Shown: in pieces, positions 31,101-39,326 of the stretch
Numbering within the stretch: the first letter of the stretch is position 1
How the letters are laid out: each line of letters begins with the position of its first letter
Assembly (NCBI GenBank): GCA_965222605.1
Contig: OZ244960.1
Location: 2,208,001-2,272,000 of the forward strand
Direction: 5' to 3'
Length of the DNA: 64,000 nt
DNA from: Candidatus Latescibacterota bacterium
Lineage (GTDB): Bacteria > Latescibacterota > UBA2968
Notes under the pieces: model-generated
What the model was told of the DNA's origin: nothing
What the model saw: only the letters and a program-made list of their open reading frames with translations
The model's database searches: none
Position numbers and translations under genes: made by a program

Positions 31101-31205
31101 GCGTGCATCCCGCACAGTCCCACTGATTTTCCCCACCGACCCCGCCTCACTCATTGTGGGCCAGCACAGTGCCCCAACCAGTATCAGACCAATAATTTTG
31201 TTCAT
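28152..31205 (-). CDS. TonB-dependent receptor with N-terminal carboxypeptidase-regulatory-like domain
   Basis: GKISGTVRDARGEPLPGANV, plug PGV..IRG..VDG..GGMDAEYGNAQGGVI, QDKMEFEGLVVNAGVRFD, C-terminal PRSIVFGARLKF. Confidence 0.92.
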   Translation of the reverse strand: MNKIIGLILVGALCWPTMSEAGSVGKISGTVRDARGEPLPGANVVVQGTRRGATTDSEGYFLILAIEPGEYQMEATMVGYAPRVNNAVVVRADFTTTIDFQLEETTLQAAEMLVVAERPPVEPDRTTSRYIIDVVDINRVPLARTAEDLIELSPGVSLDGNLRIRGSNVVGSGGQRLNETFVEVDGIKLVNNDGFSTPNFMGINKSALQEVQVVVGGMDAEYGNAQGGVISLITRESRDKFGGLGEYRLTLPGKKHWGSNVYESAIHEGQADFNDPTFASEIDSRTNQPAHQQTDYTGVWGHFREGSFSGPISEDAGFFLSLTNSRQAPLYPDIDNGEPFNIQLSGNATYRLGNNTKVKVGSVYGYYKGYNFARVFSDGTGGTSAIPEGSARSLQNATEGKNIFVPGGFAGVGEGNETENVLYAVLTHTISSKTFYELRISHQRSAVDTSGIPATTEAIRRSSAGFYLPRDVHSFDYYRRNRWLLKGDLTSQITRGHLVKGGFELTRFSIYQHEEGFPDPQIRQIRLVGKGDPILGMEPFTPLQYALYLQDKMEFEGLVVNAGVRFDAVDPGEAWGYAGEKILWHHYSSLTRWRNVPLEDSPLNTAWSTRLGISHPITARASIRFFTGTFHQFNDMQWFYTRFFRSSVPDKDLNGNGVIDQHEIYNSLAHSLAGKFGSVSTDPVRTTSFEVGVDWNFAGDYIASVTAFYKDQEGQIDGQSAHMEDPAYGSVSTYASGITNKSFLTSRGFEISFKKMFTRMTSFNLSYNLQWVKSFEGGKRAAKWFYVPDATWVNSDKFFSGIEVESNGQEMPIVPDAAARAAFAEKADQIMQKWIDQVGSISTGRIFEPPTEIEPGLWLFSNTSYGIPTLRGGIDRRNYATAQFLFSAPPDFHFSPLAGFRVTMIYRVQSGTPWWYAPPEGGQVRRNAPISTVTDMNFEKEFQFGTSTTATGFLEIRNIWNQKDDMTTGFNSVQYGLTLPSPTDKVYQTHGDTDELTRYNRGLGLPRSIVFGARLKF

Positions 31206-31226
31206 TCTAAGTCCCTTTCCGATTGC

Positions 31227-31943
31227 TCAGTTAGAAAAGAAAAACTTAATCCTTGCATCAAAACTGAGCTTCTGTAAAGGATATGCCTCTGTCAGACCCC
31301 ACGCTTCCATTGGCCGCACGCGGCTGATGACCAGTTTGTACTGCCCGCGCACATCTATCGCCAGAGAGGATGAGGCGTAAAATTCCAGGCCACCACCCAG
31401 ATTGAAACCCAGCGCAACGCGCCGATCCGAGACCGACTCCAGCACGATCGATTCATCCAACGGCTGGCTTCTTTGCCCCGGAAAGATCAGGCCACTGATC
31501 TTATTCTCGACAAAGGTGAACCCCGTTCCAATCAGGAGATACGGCGAACTTCCGCCCCCCTGTGCCAACTTGGCACCGCTCCCGTTGATATGCCACAAAT
31601 AGTTAATCATACCACCACCCCACACCATCTCGGAGTTGGCATTTGGACTATTGTACTCGTTGCCATCAATAGACCAGAAAAAGGTGCGCTTCTCGAGTTC
31701 ACCACCGCTATATCCCCCGTAGAACGCATCGACTTCGGCACTCCAGCTCTGGTTGAGCACATAGACAAAGGTACCGCCGAAATTAAAGCCACCCGAAGGA
31801 TACCATTCGCCCAATTTGAACGCAGGCCTGTCGTATCCGAGGGCAACGCCGACACCCCACGTACCGTCAACCTGTGCTTCGCCCCTATCTGCACACAGAC
31901 AGATCAGAACAAAACACAAAAAAATAGCTGCTATAAACTTCAT
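31227..31943 (-). CDS. Outer-membrane beta-barrel protein (OmpA-like 8-strand)
   Basis: Signal peptide, SPYLLIGTG, GFNLGGGLEF, amphipathic strands; AAGGAGG RBS. Confidence 0.75.
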   Translation of the reverse strand: MKFIAAIFLCFVLICLCADRGEAQVDGTWGVGVALGYDRPAFKLGEWYPSGGFNFGGTFVYVLNQSWSAEVDAFYGGYSGGELEKRTFFWSIDGNEYNSPNANSEMVWGGGMINYLWHINGSGAKLAQGGGSSPYLLIGTGFTFVENKISGLIFPGQRSQPLDESIVLESVSDRRVALGFNLGGGLEFYASSSLAIDVRGQYKLVISRVRPMEAWGLTEAYPLQKLSFDARIKFFFSN

Positions 31944-31999
31944 AAGCAATCCTCCTTTCCAGAGAAATAAGCGCAATTATGTACTCTGCAACTTCTGCT

Positions 32000-32028
32000 A
32001 GTATAATTCCATTTTTCTCGCTTCGCAA
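32000..32028 (-). promoter_or_regulatory. Putative promoter of the OMP-TBDT-CTD-PorV operon, overlapping a + strand TATAAT for the GWxTD gene
   Basis: Minus strand TTGCGA-N17-TATACT; + strand TATAAT at 32002-32007. Confidence 0.45.
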
Positions 32029-32143
32029 GTGTTTTTAATATTGAAAATTAGCATGGCTATGATAACTTAATGCAATTGGGTTTACAAAGCCGCAGTTATT
32101 GGACATATTCTTTAAAAATAAACCTCTCTGTGAGACCATAGCA

Positions 32144-34564
32144 ATGAACGCAATATTATGTAGAACCTGGATGCTATTATTCCTCATCATCCCAATGTGT
32201 TTTGGGCTTGCCGGGGCAGAGAAAGGCGTGGAAACAGCTCCATCAGACTCGTTGCACGCGCTGGGAGAAGACCAACTGCGCAAAGGCATGCTCGACGGCG
32301 CCATCGAAACCTTTGCCCTACTGGTGGAAGCCTACCCTAAAAATGCCGTATTCAGATCCCGCCTGGGCTCCGCGCACCTCGCCCGCGGGGATTTTGACAC
32401 GGCACAAACCGCGTTTGAGCACGCCAGACAACTCAACCCGCAATTGCCCGACCCTTATGTGGGCCTTGGCGAAGTCTATGTAAAACGACCTGCAATGGGG
32501 ATAAAAGCCTTTTTCAATTTTCGAAAAGCCGTTGGAGAGGCCAGGCGGGCGACCAAAATCGATTCGACCTACGCGCCGGCCTATCGGTTATTAGGCGACC
32601 TCTATGAGCGATTCCGAGCAGACCACGAAAAAGCCATTGGCTACTACATGAAATACCTCGAACTGGAGCCAGACAGCCCGGACGAACTCTATTATTTTGG
32701 CCTGGCCTGCGTACAGGCCGGACAATACGACCCGCTCAACACCCACCTCGCACCCGCCCTCGAACGACAGCCCAACCAGATCCGCCTGCTTCCCCTTGTC
32801 GCACAGGGCTACTCTTACCGGGAACAATACGAAATGGCCCTGTCGCATTTTGAACGCTACCTGCAAAGCCTGAGCGAACGAGAACGCGAGTACTATACGG
32901 ACATATCCCTCATCGCTTCGCACAGAGAAATGCAGACATATCAAAGCGAAGAAACCGAGCGCCTGACCTATTTGAAACAATTCTGGCTCAGGCGAGACCC
33001 GGATGTGTTGACCCCAATCAACGAGCGCATTATCGAACACTATCGTCGCGTGTGGTATGCCCGCACCTTCTTCTCTCAAAACACCACCCCCTGGGACCAG
33101 CGCGGAGTGGTTTATATTCGATATGGCGAACCCGATTTTCGCTCTTCATCCGATAAGCCGAACCTGCTGATCAGCCCCGAAGTAGAGGCCGTACGCACCC
33201 GAATGGCCGTGGATATGTACGGCCCGAATGCCGCTTATCTCACATTTACTGGACCTGTTTTTCCAATACGGAAACACAACTTGAACACGGGAGAAAGCAT
33301 TCAGGACTTGAGGACATTGGATCCGGATACAGAGATAGATATTGAAGGCGTGGTAACAGCCGGGGATGTGGTGGATTTAACCGTCCCCATCAGCAAGGAA
33401 AGCGGTGCGGGAAGCGGGCGGGCGCCTTTTGATCAAGCGGGTCGGATCAAATTGCGATTGAATTTTCAGAACTACGCCCCCGTCACAATGGACCGGGAAT
33501 TTGAGACCGTGCCATGGGAGACGTGGACATACACACAACTCCGCGATGGCATCGAAATAACATTTACAGATGAAATGAACAACGGACGTTACGCATTTGC
33601 CCCATTGCCACCCATGCCCACAGGCGAGAATCAGACCCAGCATGCAGCTCGGATGATGGAATACATGCCCGGGGTCCTCTTCCGCAAAGCCACCGCCACC
33701 ACCCCCGATTACTACCGCCCGGGCATTGAACGGGACGCCCTCCATTTTTATTACGACCTCGCGGATTTCCGCGGCGAAGACGGAAAGACCTCTGTGGAAG
33801 TTTACTACGGAGTACCGCCCGGCAAAGTGGAAATCGCAACAGGACAGGATGAATTTTTGATCCAGGTGCAAAGCGCCCTTGCACTGGCAAACGAGGGCCA
33901 CACCGAGATCTTTCGCGCAGCAGAGATATTTTCCTACCAGAACACAACGGGTTTCGACCGACAAAAGGGCGCGTATATCCCGGATATGCTGCGGGTTCAG
34001 GTGCCACCCGGAACGTACGAATTACAGGTACAACTCAAAGATATGGCATCGAGACGCGTGGGCGTTTACAAACAGACCCTGAAAATTCAGGACTACGGCA
34101 CCGATCAGCTTCGGCTAAGTGGCATCCTGCTGGCTTCGTCCATTGGCGAGAGCGGAACCAACGACCGGTTTCAGAAAGGAGATTTGTGGATAGAGCCAAT
34201 GCCATCCCGGGCTTATCAAGAAAACCAGAAAGTCTATGCCTATTTTGAAATCTACAACCTGAAACGCGATACCTTTGGGCAGACGCGCTACCGCATTCAA
34301 TATCGCGTACGTCACCATCCCGGCAATCCAGTCGGCGTTAAAGGCATCGTAGCCGCCGGATTCCGCAACCTGTTCAAACGCCGCAAACCCCAGGTATCCG
34401 TCACCTACGAACAGGTCGGCTCGCAACCGACTGAGAGGGAATACATCGAACTGGACCTGAGCAAAGCCGAGACTGGCGTCAATGTCCTCGAAGTAATCAT
34501 TACCGATCTGGTAACGGGAAATACCGAAACCAGAGAAGTGGCTTTCCTCTACGGCAGGATTTGA
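32144..34564 (+). CDS. TPR + GWxTD-domain protein
   Basis: Signal peptide, TPR helices, FWLRRDPD.LTPINER..EHYRRV.YA...F...WDQRG.VYIRYGEPD, WETWTY. Confidence 0.85.
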   Translation: MNAILCRTWMLLFLIIPMCFGLAGAEKGVETAPSDSLHALGEDQLRKGMLDGAIETFALLVEAYPKNAVFRSRLGSAHLARGDFDTAQTAFEHARQLNPQLPDPYVGLGEVYVKRPAMGIKAFFNFRKAVGEARRATKIDSTYAPAYRLLGDLYERFRADHEKAIGYYMKYLELEPDSPDELYYFGLACVQAGQYDPLNTHLAPALERQPNQIRLLPLVAQGYSYREQYEMALSHFERYLQSLSEREREYYTDISLIASHREMQTYQSEETERLTYLKQFWLRRDPDVLTPINERIIEHYRRVWYARTFFSQNTTPWDQRGVVYIRYGEPDFRSSSDKPNLLISPEVEAVRTRMAVDMYGPNAAYLTFTGPVFPIRKHNLNTGESIQDLRTLDPDTEIDIEGVVTAGDVVDLTVPISKESGAGSGRAPFDQAGRIKLRLNFQNYAPVTMDREFETVPWETWTYTQLRDGIEITFTDEMNNGRYAFAPLPPMPTGENQTQHAARMMEYMPGVLFRKATATTPDYYRPGIERDALHFYYDLADFRGEDGKTSVEVYYGVPPGKVEIATGQDEFLIQVQSALALANEGHTEIFRAAEIFSYQNTTGFDRQKGAYIPDMLRVQVPPGTYELQVQLKDMASRRVGVYKQTLKIQDYGTDQLRLSGILLASSIGESGTNDRFQKGDLWIEPMPSRAYQENQKVYAYFEIYNLKRDTFGQTRYRIQYRVRHHPGNPVGVKGIVAAGFRNLFKRRKPQVSVTYEQVGSQPTEREYIELDLSKAETGVNVLEVIITDLVTGNTETREVAFLYGRI

Positions 34565-34625
34565 GCACTGTTGCAATACTGTGGATTGTCATTATCCATC
34601 CCTCGCCCATTCTCGATTGCAAGCA

Positions 34626-36425
34626 TTACGGCAGATTCAATGGAATTTCTATCTCAGCCTCGGGTTCGCGGTAGGCGCGATAGGTTGCCCAGTAAGTATT
34701 TCCCGAGTAGGCATTGAGTCGGAAGACCTCCGTACCGGTAGCATCGACCTCACTTATCGCTACCGCCCTCTCCTCTATCGCCAGACTTTCGTCGTAACCG
34801 CGATCATTCCGCCATGCAATCAGCCAGTTCCCATTATCGAGCACTGTGACCCCTCCCCACCAGGGCGTATAACCGTATTTTGGATCCAACCGAAACTGAC
34901 GTATAAAACTGGCCTGACCGCTAACGGGATCAATCGCGTATTCCACCACCCGGGAAAACTGCTCCAAGTCACCGCGATTAGGCGATTCACCGATCCGCGC
35001 GCTCAGACAACCGCCACCATTATCAAATAGAACGACGGTACCCCTATCGGTCAGCGTTGGCTGGTGCTGCGCGCAAAACTCTCCCATACCTTCATCATCG
35101 CCCTCTATCGTCAGGAACACGCGGTCATCCGGAAATGATTCTCCTTGATCGGTGCCGCCGAGTTGCCACACGATGCTCGTACCTGGATTATCTTCAGACT
35201 TTGCTGAACGATCAATCCGAAACACCTGCGAACCACCTCTCAACGACACAATAATATCCCCCTCTATCAGTTGTATGGAATTGATATGTGCATAATCCCT
35301 CTTGAAGTCATCCCACAGACAATCGGGATCAATCGTCAGATGGTCAAAGCCGACCCAACGGTAAACCTCCTCGCCCATCGGCGTAACTTCCTGGATAACT
35401 GGATCTGTCGTATTGTGTACACCGTGTTCACCAAAGTCGCGCCGCGCCGGGTTATAAGCCATAAACATAAAATTGCCCTCGTCGGTAATCAGAAAATCGT
35501 GACTGGTGACTTGCGTCACTGGAGGGACGGTTTCTACTGTCTTGATCAACTCGAACGATTCGTCGAACAACTCTACCTCTGACACAAAGGCAAAGGTACG
35601 CGGTTCTGGCACCTGTTTGGCTACTGAATAATGTACCTTTCGCCCATCTATCGTCGGGCCGGTGGTATGACGCTGGAAGTGAGAGCGTCGAGTGGAGAAC
35701 CTGCGGTGGAATCTGGGCACACCATTGTTGTCCATGACAACCATGAAGAAAGGGGGATTGGCACCTTTTATACCTACATTCATGAACATCAAGCCATCCG
35801 ACACGCCAGCTTGCTTCTTCACAACTCTGATCTCCGGAAAATCCGAGGGGATGCAGTGGACAACATAGGTCACAGAATTCTGTCCATCACTCAGTTCAAT
35901 TGCAATGTCGTGGTCGCTATCTACAACGACTGCTTCATCTACATCTCGACCCGACATCTCAATATTGTTCAGCTTTAGTTGCATCTCCTCACCCTTAGCC
36001 CTTGCCTTCACCTGCAACTTCGTGGCATCTTCGCACCGGATAGCATAATGGCGAACATCGGGATCAAAAGTCGGATACATCTCGCCAATGCCGCCGGTTA
36101 CCGCCAGAGAGGTCAGTACCAGATCCACTTCAGGCGGGGCAGATTTTCCAAAGTGATCGACAAAAATCAAGAAATCAGACACCGAAATCTCGCCGTCACC
36201 ATCCAAATCATACTTGGCTTTATACGTCTCATCGCCACGCTTTGCACCGAAATGATCTACAAAAAGTAAAAAGTCGGGAATATCCACAATCCCGTTCCCA
36301 TTAAAATCAGGTAATAACTCTGCCGAGACTTCCAACGCAGTGCTGAGGGTCAATATCACTGCTATCGAGATAGATGTAAAACGCACGCGAAGCAAATTAT
36401 ATCCTCCTGAAGTAAAAATGGCCAT
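34626..36425 (-). CDS. Dockerin-like EF-hand + cadherin-like + aryl-sulfate sulfotransferase (ASST)-family protein
   Basis: DFNGNGIVDIPDF / DLDGDGEISVSDF; DYAHINSI, VSLR, WQLGG, AQHQP, LFDNG, YRAYR ASST motifs. Confidence 0.8.
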   Translation of the reverse strand: MAIFTSGGYNLLRVRFTSISIAVILTLSTALEVSAELLPDFNGNGIVDIPDFLLFVDHFGAKRGDETYKAKYDLDGDGEISVSDFLIFVDHFGKSAPPEVDLVLTSLAVTGGIGEMYPTFDPDVRHYAIRCEDATKLQVKARAKGEEMQLKLNNIEMSGRDVDEAVVVDSDHDIAIELSDGQNSVTYVVHCIPSDFPEIRVVKKQAGVSDGLMFMNVGIKGANPPFFMVVMDNNGVPRFHRRFSTRRSHFQRHTTGPTIDGRKVHYSVAKQVPEPRTFAFVSEVELFDESFELIKTVETVPPVTQVTSHDFLITDEGNFMFMAYNPARRDFGEHGVHNTTDPVIQEVTPMGEEVYRWVGFDHLTIDPDCLWDDFKRDYAHINSIQLIEGDIIVSLRGGSQVFRIDRSAKSEDNPGTSIVWQLGGTDQGESFPDDRVFLTIEGDDEGMGEFCAQHQPTLTDRGTVVLFDNGGGCLSARIGESPNRGDLEQFSRVVEYAIDPVSGQASFIRQFRLDPKYGYTPWWGGVTVLDNGNWLIAWRNDRGYDESLAIEERAVAISEVDATGTEVFRLNAYSGNTYWATYRAYREPEAEIEIPLNLP

Positions 36426-36538
36426 CCGTCCTCTAATTACACAGAACTGATGACCATTGTGTACTGCCCTTGCACATCAACCGAACAGTCGTGCCTACTC
36501 CGAAGTCTTGTTATCTGAGGTTGCAAGTTAAACTACAC

Positions 36539-38470
36539 CTAATGACAGCTATAAATATCTGGACTGAACGCTTTTGAATTCACAGGAATCTCTACCCCGA
36601 AGTTCGAAGGCTTGCTATTTGAGATTGTAAGCGGCGTGTTGCGAATCGTTTCCCACTCGGTGCGTAGATTTTTTACCCAGACTGGCAAAGTTCCCAAACG
36701 CAATTCAAGCTGTGCTTCAAAAAGCGATTCCGGTTCAACCGCCTCGCCATTGGATTCCAGAATCTCGAGAGTACTTTCCTCAAAAGTGGCCGGATTGCCG
36801 TGAAAGCCTACAATAATCGGATACAAAAATTTGAGATATCCCTGCCAAAAATCATAGTGAGTAACATCGCCCCCGTGGTTGTAATTCCAGAACACAAGAC
36901 GCCTGAGATGGTGGGGCGGAACACCGCCACCGCTGCTACCAGACAACCTGCCATTATTCACGCAGTCGTACAAATTTGCATAGCAGGGATCGGTCTTATG
37001 GATATCAAGTGGCTGGTTTGGCGCCATATCAAAACGATAGATCACATTGCCCGTTGAGACATGGCTCATACCCGCGCCATGATGTTGGCCTGGAATCGCA
37101 CGGGTGTTTCTCTGAGCATCGATGAGAGGGGCCGTGCTATAAGGAGCCTGGCCTGCAATATCTTCGGACAGCCCAAACCATATCCCGTAACTGCCCTGAC
37201 TGTTAAAAGCAGTATGGCCCTTATTTCCCGCTATTGTAACCTGATAAACCGATGAGGCAGCACTGACAGTAAAACCAAGTGCGCCACTGACATGCATGAA
37301 AGAGACGCGCCGAACCCAGGAATTGACACACCGGTTGAATGAGAGCAACTTCCAGCCCGCATTGTGGATGAAATTCAGGTGATGGACAAATGACTCAAAG
37401 AACGAGCCGTGAAAGCTGATGTCCTCAACGCCGACTTCTTCGAGATGCGGCAAGGACTGCACCCCCCAATTATATGCGTGATTCACACGGGCATGCAGGG
37501 GTGCATTGAGGCGAATGCGATTGCCTTGAATCTCGGCAATGCTGTGTTCTTCCCGTATATCAAGCCCCACTTCGAAAAGTTCCGACAAGCCGGATGGCGA
37601 GCGAGGAGCAAGGAACTCATTAATTGCTTCTTCCTCCTTAGTATTCACAGAGACCCAAATCCACTGACCGACTGAGAGCCTGGAAGCATTATTCACTGTA
37701 ATCCAAAAAGTTTCTCGCTCCGCACGCTCTGTAATGCGCGTTAAGGTAGAACGACTGAAGCTAACAGGCTGGAAAAGGAACATACTGGACACATAACCGG
37801 GTCTATCGGGAAGGGGGGACATATGATTTACCATTCGGATGATGGTGCCACCCATTCGGCTACCGCTACCTCGCAAAACAATATTGCTACTCCTGATGTA
37901 GATAGGCTCATTGTAGCCCTCGTCATTTTTATCCGCATCGGTATTGACGAGAAATTCACCTGGCGGGAAGAACACAACACCACTGCCATTGGCCTCTGCT
38001 GCGGCAATAGCACTTACAATAGCAGGCTGGTCAGATACATTATCGTTAGGGATCGCACCATACGTTGTAACGTCAAAAATGGGATGCGCGACATCGGGAA
38101 CCGGTTTGTTGAAATAGTGATAGCCCGAATAAGAAAAATCGGGTAAAATGGGTTCTGTCCCATACTCTTTTGCCTTCACAAACTGCTGATAGGTGATCGC
38201 GTTCCGCAGAAATTCCACTGTTCTGCCAAAGCTGCTGGCAAAGAGCAGAAAATCGCCAAACCCAATTGCGCCATCGCCATTCAGATCGTACTTTGTATCA
38301 TACCTCTCTTGACCTTCCCGAGCACCAAACGCGCTTACAAATAGCAAAAAGTCGGTAAAATCGACCACACCACTCTCGTCAAAGTCCGGGGAAGGTGCCG
38401 CAGATAACGGTTGGACCAACAGAGCGACGAGTATGATTATAAACGTTTGTAAACGCATGCGAAGCAGCAT
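36539..38470 (-). CDS. Dockerin-like EF-hand + pectate-lyase-like beta-helix (DUF4955-like) protein
   Basis: DFDESGVVDFTDF / DLNGDGAIGFGDF; LPDFSYSGY, FDVTTYGAIPND, FFPPGEF, VEPESLFEAQL. Confidence 0.75.
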   Translation of the reverse strand: MLLRMRLQTFIIILVALLVQPLSAAPSPDFDESGVVDFTDFLLFVSAFGAREGQERYDTKYDLNGDGAIGFGDFLLFASSFGRTVEFLRNAITYQQFVKAKEYGTEPILPDFSYSGYHYFNKPVPDVAHPIFDVTTYGAIPNDNVSDQPAIVSAIAAAEANGSGVVFFPPGEFLVNTDADKNDEGYNEPIYIRSSNIVLRGSGSRMGGTIIRMVNHMSPLPDRPGYVSSMFLFQPVSFSRSTLTRITERAERETFWITVNNASRLSVGQWIWVSVNTKEEEAINEFLAPRSPSGLSELFEVGLDIREEHSIAEIQGNRIRLNAPLHARVNHAYNWGVQSLPHLEEVGVEDISFHGSFFESFVHHLNFIHNAGWKLLSFNRCVNSWVRRVSFMHVSGALGFTVSAASSVYQVTIAGNKGHTAFNSQGSYGIWFGLSEDIAGQAPYSTAPLIDAQRNTRAIPGQHHGAGMSHVSTGNVIYRFDMAPNQPLDIHKTDPCYANLYDCVNNGRLSGSSGGGVPPHHLRRLVFWNYNHGGDVTHYDFWQGYLKFLYPIIVGFHGNPATFEESTLEILESNGEAVEPESLFEAQLELRLGTLPVWVKNLRTEWETIRNTPLTISNSKPSNFGVEIPVNSKAFSPDIYSCH

Positions 38471-38482
38471 ATTAAATTCCTC

Positions 38483-39283
38483 CTACAGGTTCTTTTTTGC
38501 CGCACGGTACGTCGGGAATACCTGCGGATAACATTCGCCGGAAACTGTTTGGCAGGCATCTGCATGGATGAAGGCAATGCTAAAGGCGCGACGGGGCCGA
38601 TCCGTGGTATTCACAAGAGAAGAATGCAGCAGTTTGGTTTTGAAGAGGATGACTTCGCCTTTGTCCATTTCCATGTAAGCCCGCTTTTCTTTCGGGGCAT
38701 ACTTTTGAATGTCATCTTCTCGATCGACCGTATGAATGGGACATTCTTTGTGTGAAGAAGGAATCACGGTCAGGCAGCCGTTTTCCCGTGTCTGCGGATC
38801 GAGGGCGGTATAAATCGTGATTTCTTCGGGAATGCTCAGGTTCCAACTGCGCCCGTCCTGATGCCAGACAAGGGGCACGCCGCCTTCGGCCGGTTTGTTA
38901 AAAAACATGGACCTGAACACGCCGACTTTCTCGCCTATCTTTTTTCGAGTGATGTGCCTGAAAAGTGGATGCTGGATATATTTCAGGAACAAAGGGTCCA
39001 TCTCCAGTTCCTGAATCTTCCGATACTTCAGGGAACTGCCCTTGTGCCTGGCAGAAAAACCGGTCATCCCCTCTGCCTTCGAGGCCGAAGGGCAAAGCTG
39101 CATGCGCATCCCCTCGTAGCGAATTTTGTCCAGCATGATCTCATCGATGCGGTCGCAAAGTCGGTCGATTTCCCCTTCTGGTAATATCACACCCAGCCGA
39201 ACATAACCAATCTCTTCCAGTTCCTGCCATTCGGCTTTGGTCAGTTCAGGGTTCTGTCTGAGGTTTGTATCAGTCATTGCCAT
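38483..39283 (-). CDS. Phytanoyl-CoA dioxygenase (PhyH) family Fe(II)/2OG enzyme
   Basis: WHQD, ENGCLTVIPSSH, LLHSS..N....RR. Confidence 0.9.
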   Translation of the reverse strand: MAMTDTNLRQNPELTKAEWQELEEIGYVRLGVILPEGEIDRLCDRIDEIMLDKIRYEGMRMQLCPSASKAEGMTGFSARHKGSSLKYRKIQELEMDPLFLKYIQHPLFRHITRKKIGEKVGVFRSMFFNKPAEGGVPLVWHQDGRSWNLSIPEEITIYTALDPQTRENGCLTVIPSSHKECPIHTVDREDDIQKYAPKEKRAYMEMDKGEVILFKTKLLHSSLVNTTDRPRRAFSIAFIHADACQTVSGECYPQVFPTYRAAKKNL

Positions 39284-39326
39284 TGGAATATCCTCCCTGC
39301 TCATCAGGACGAGACGACGGCAAACG

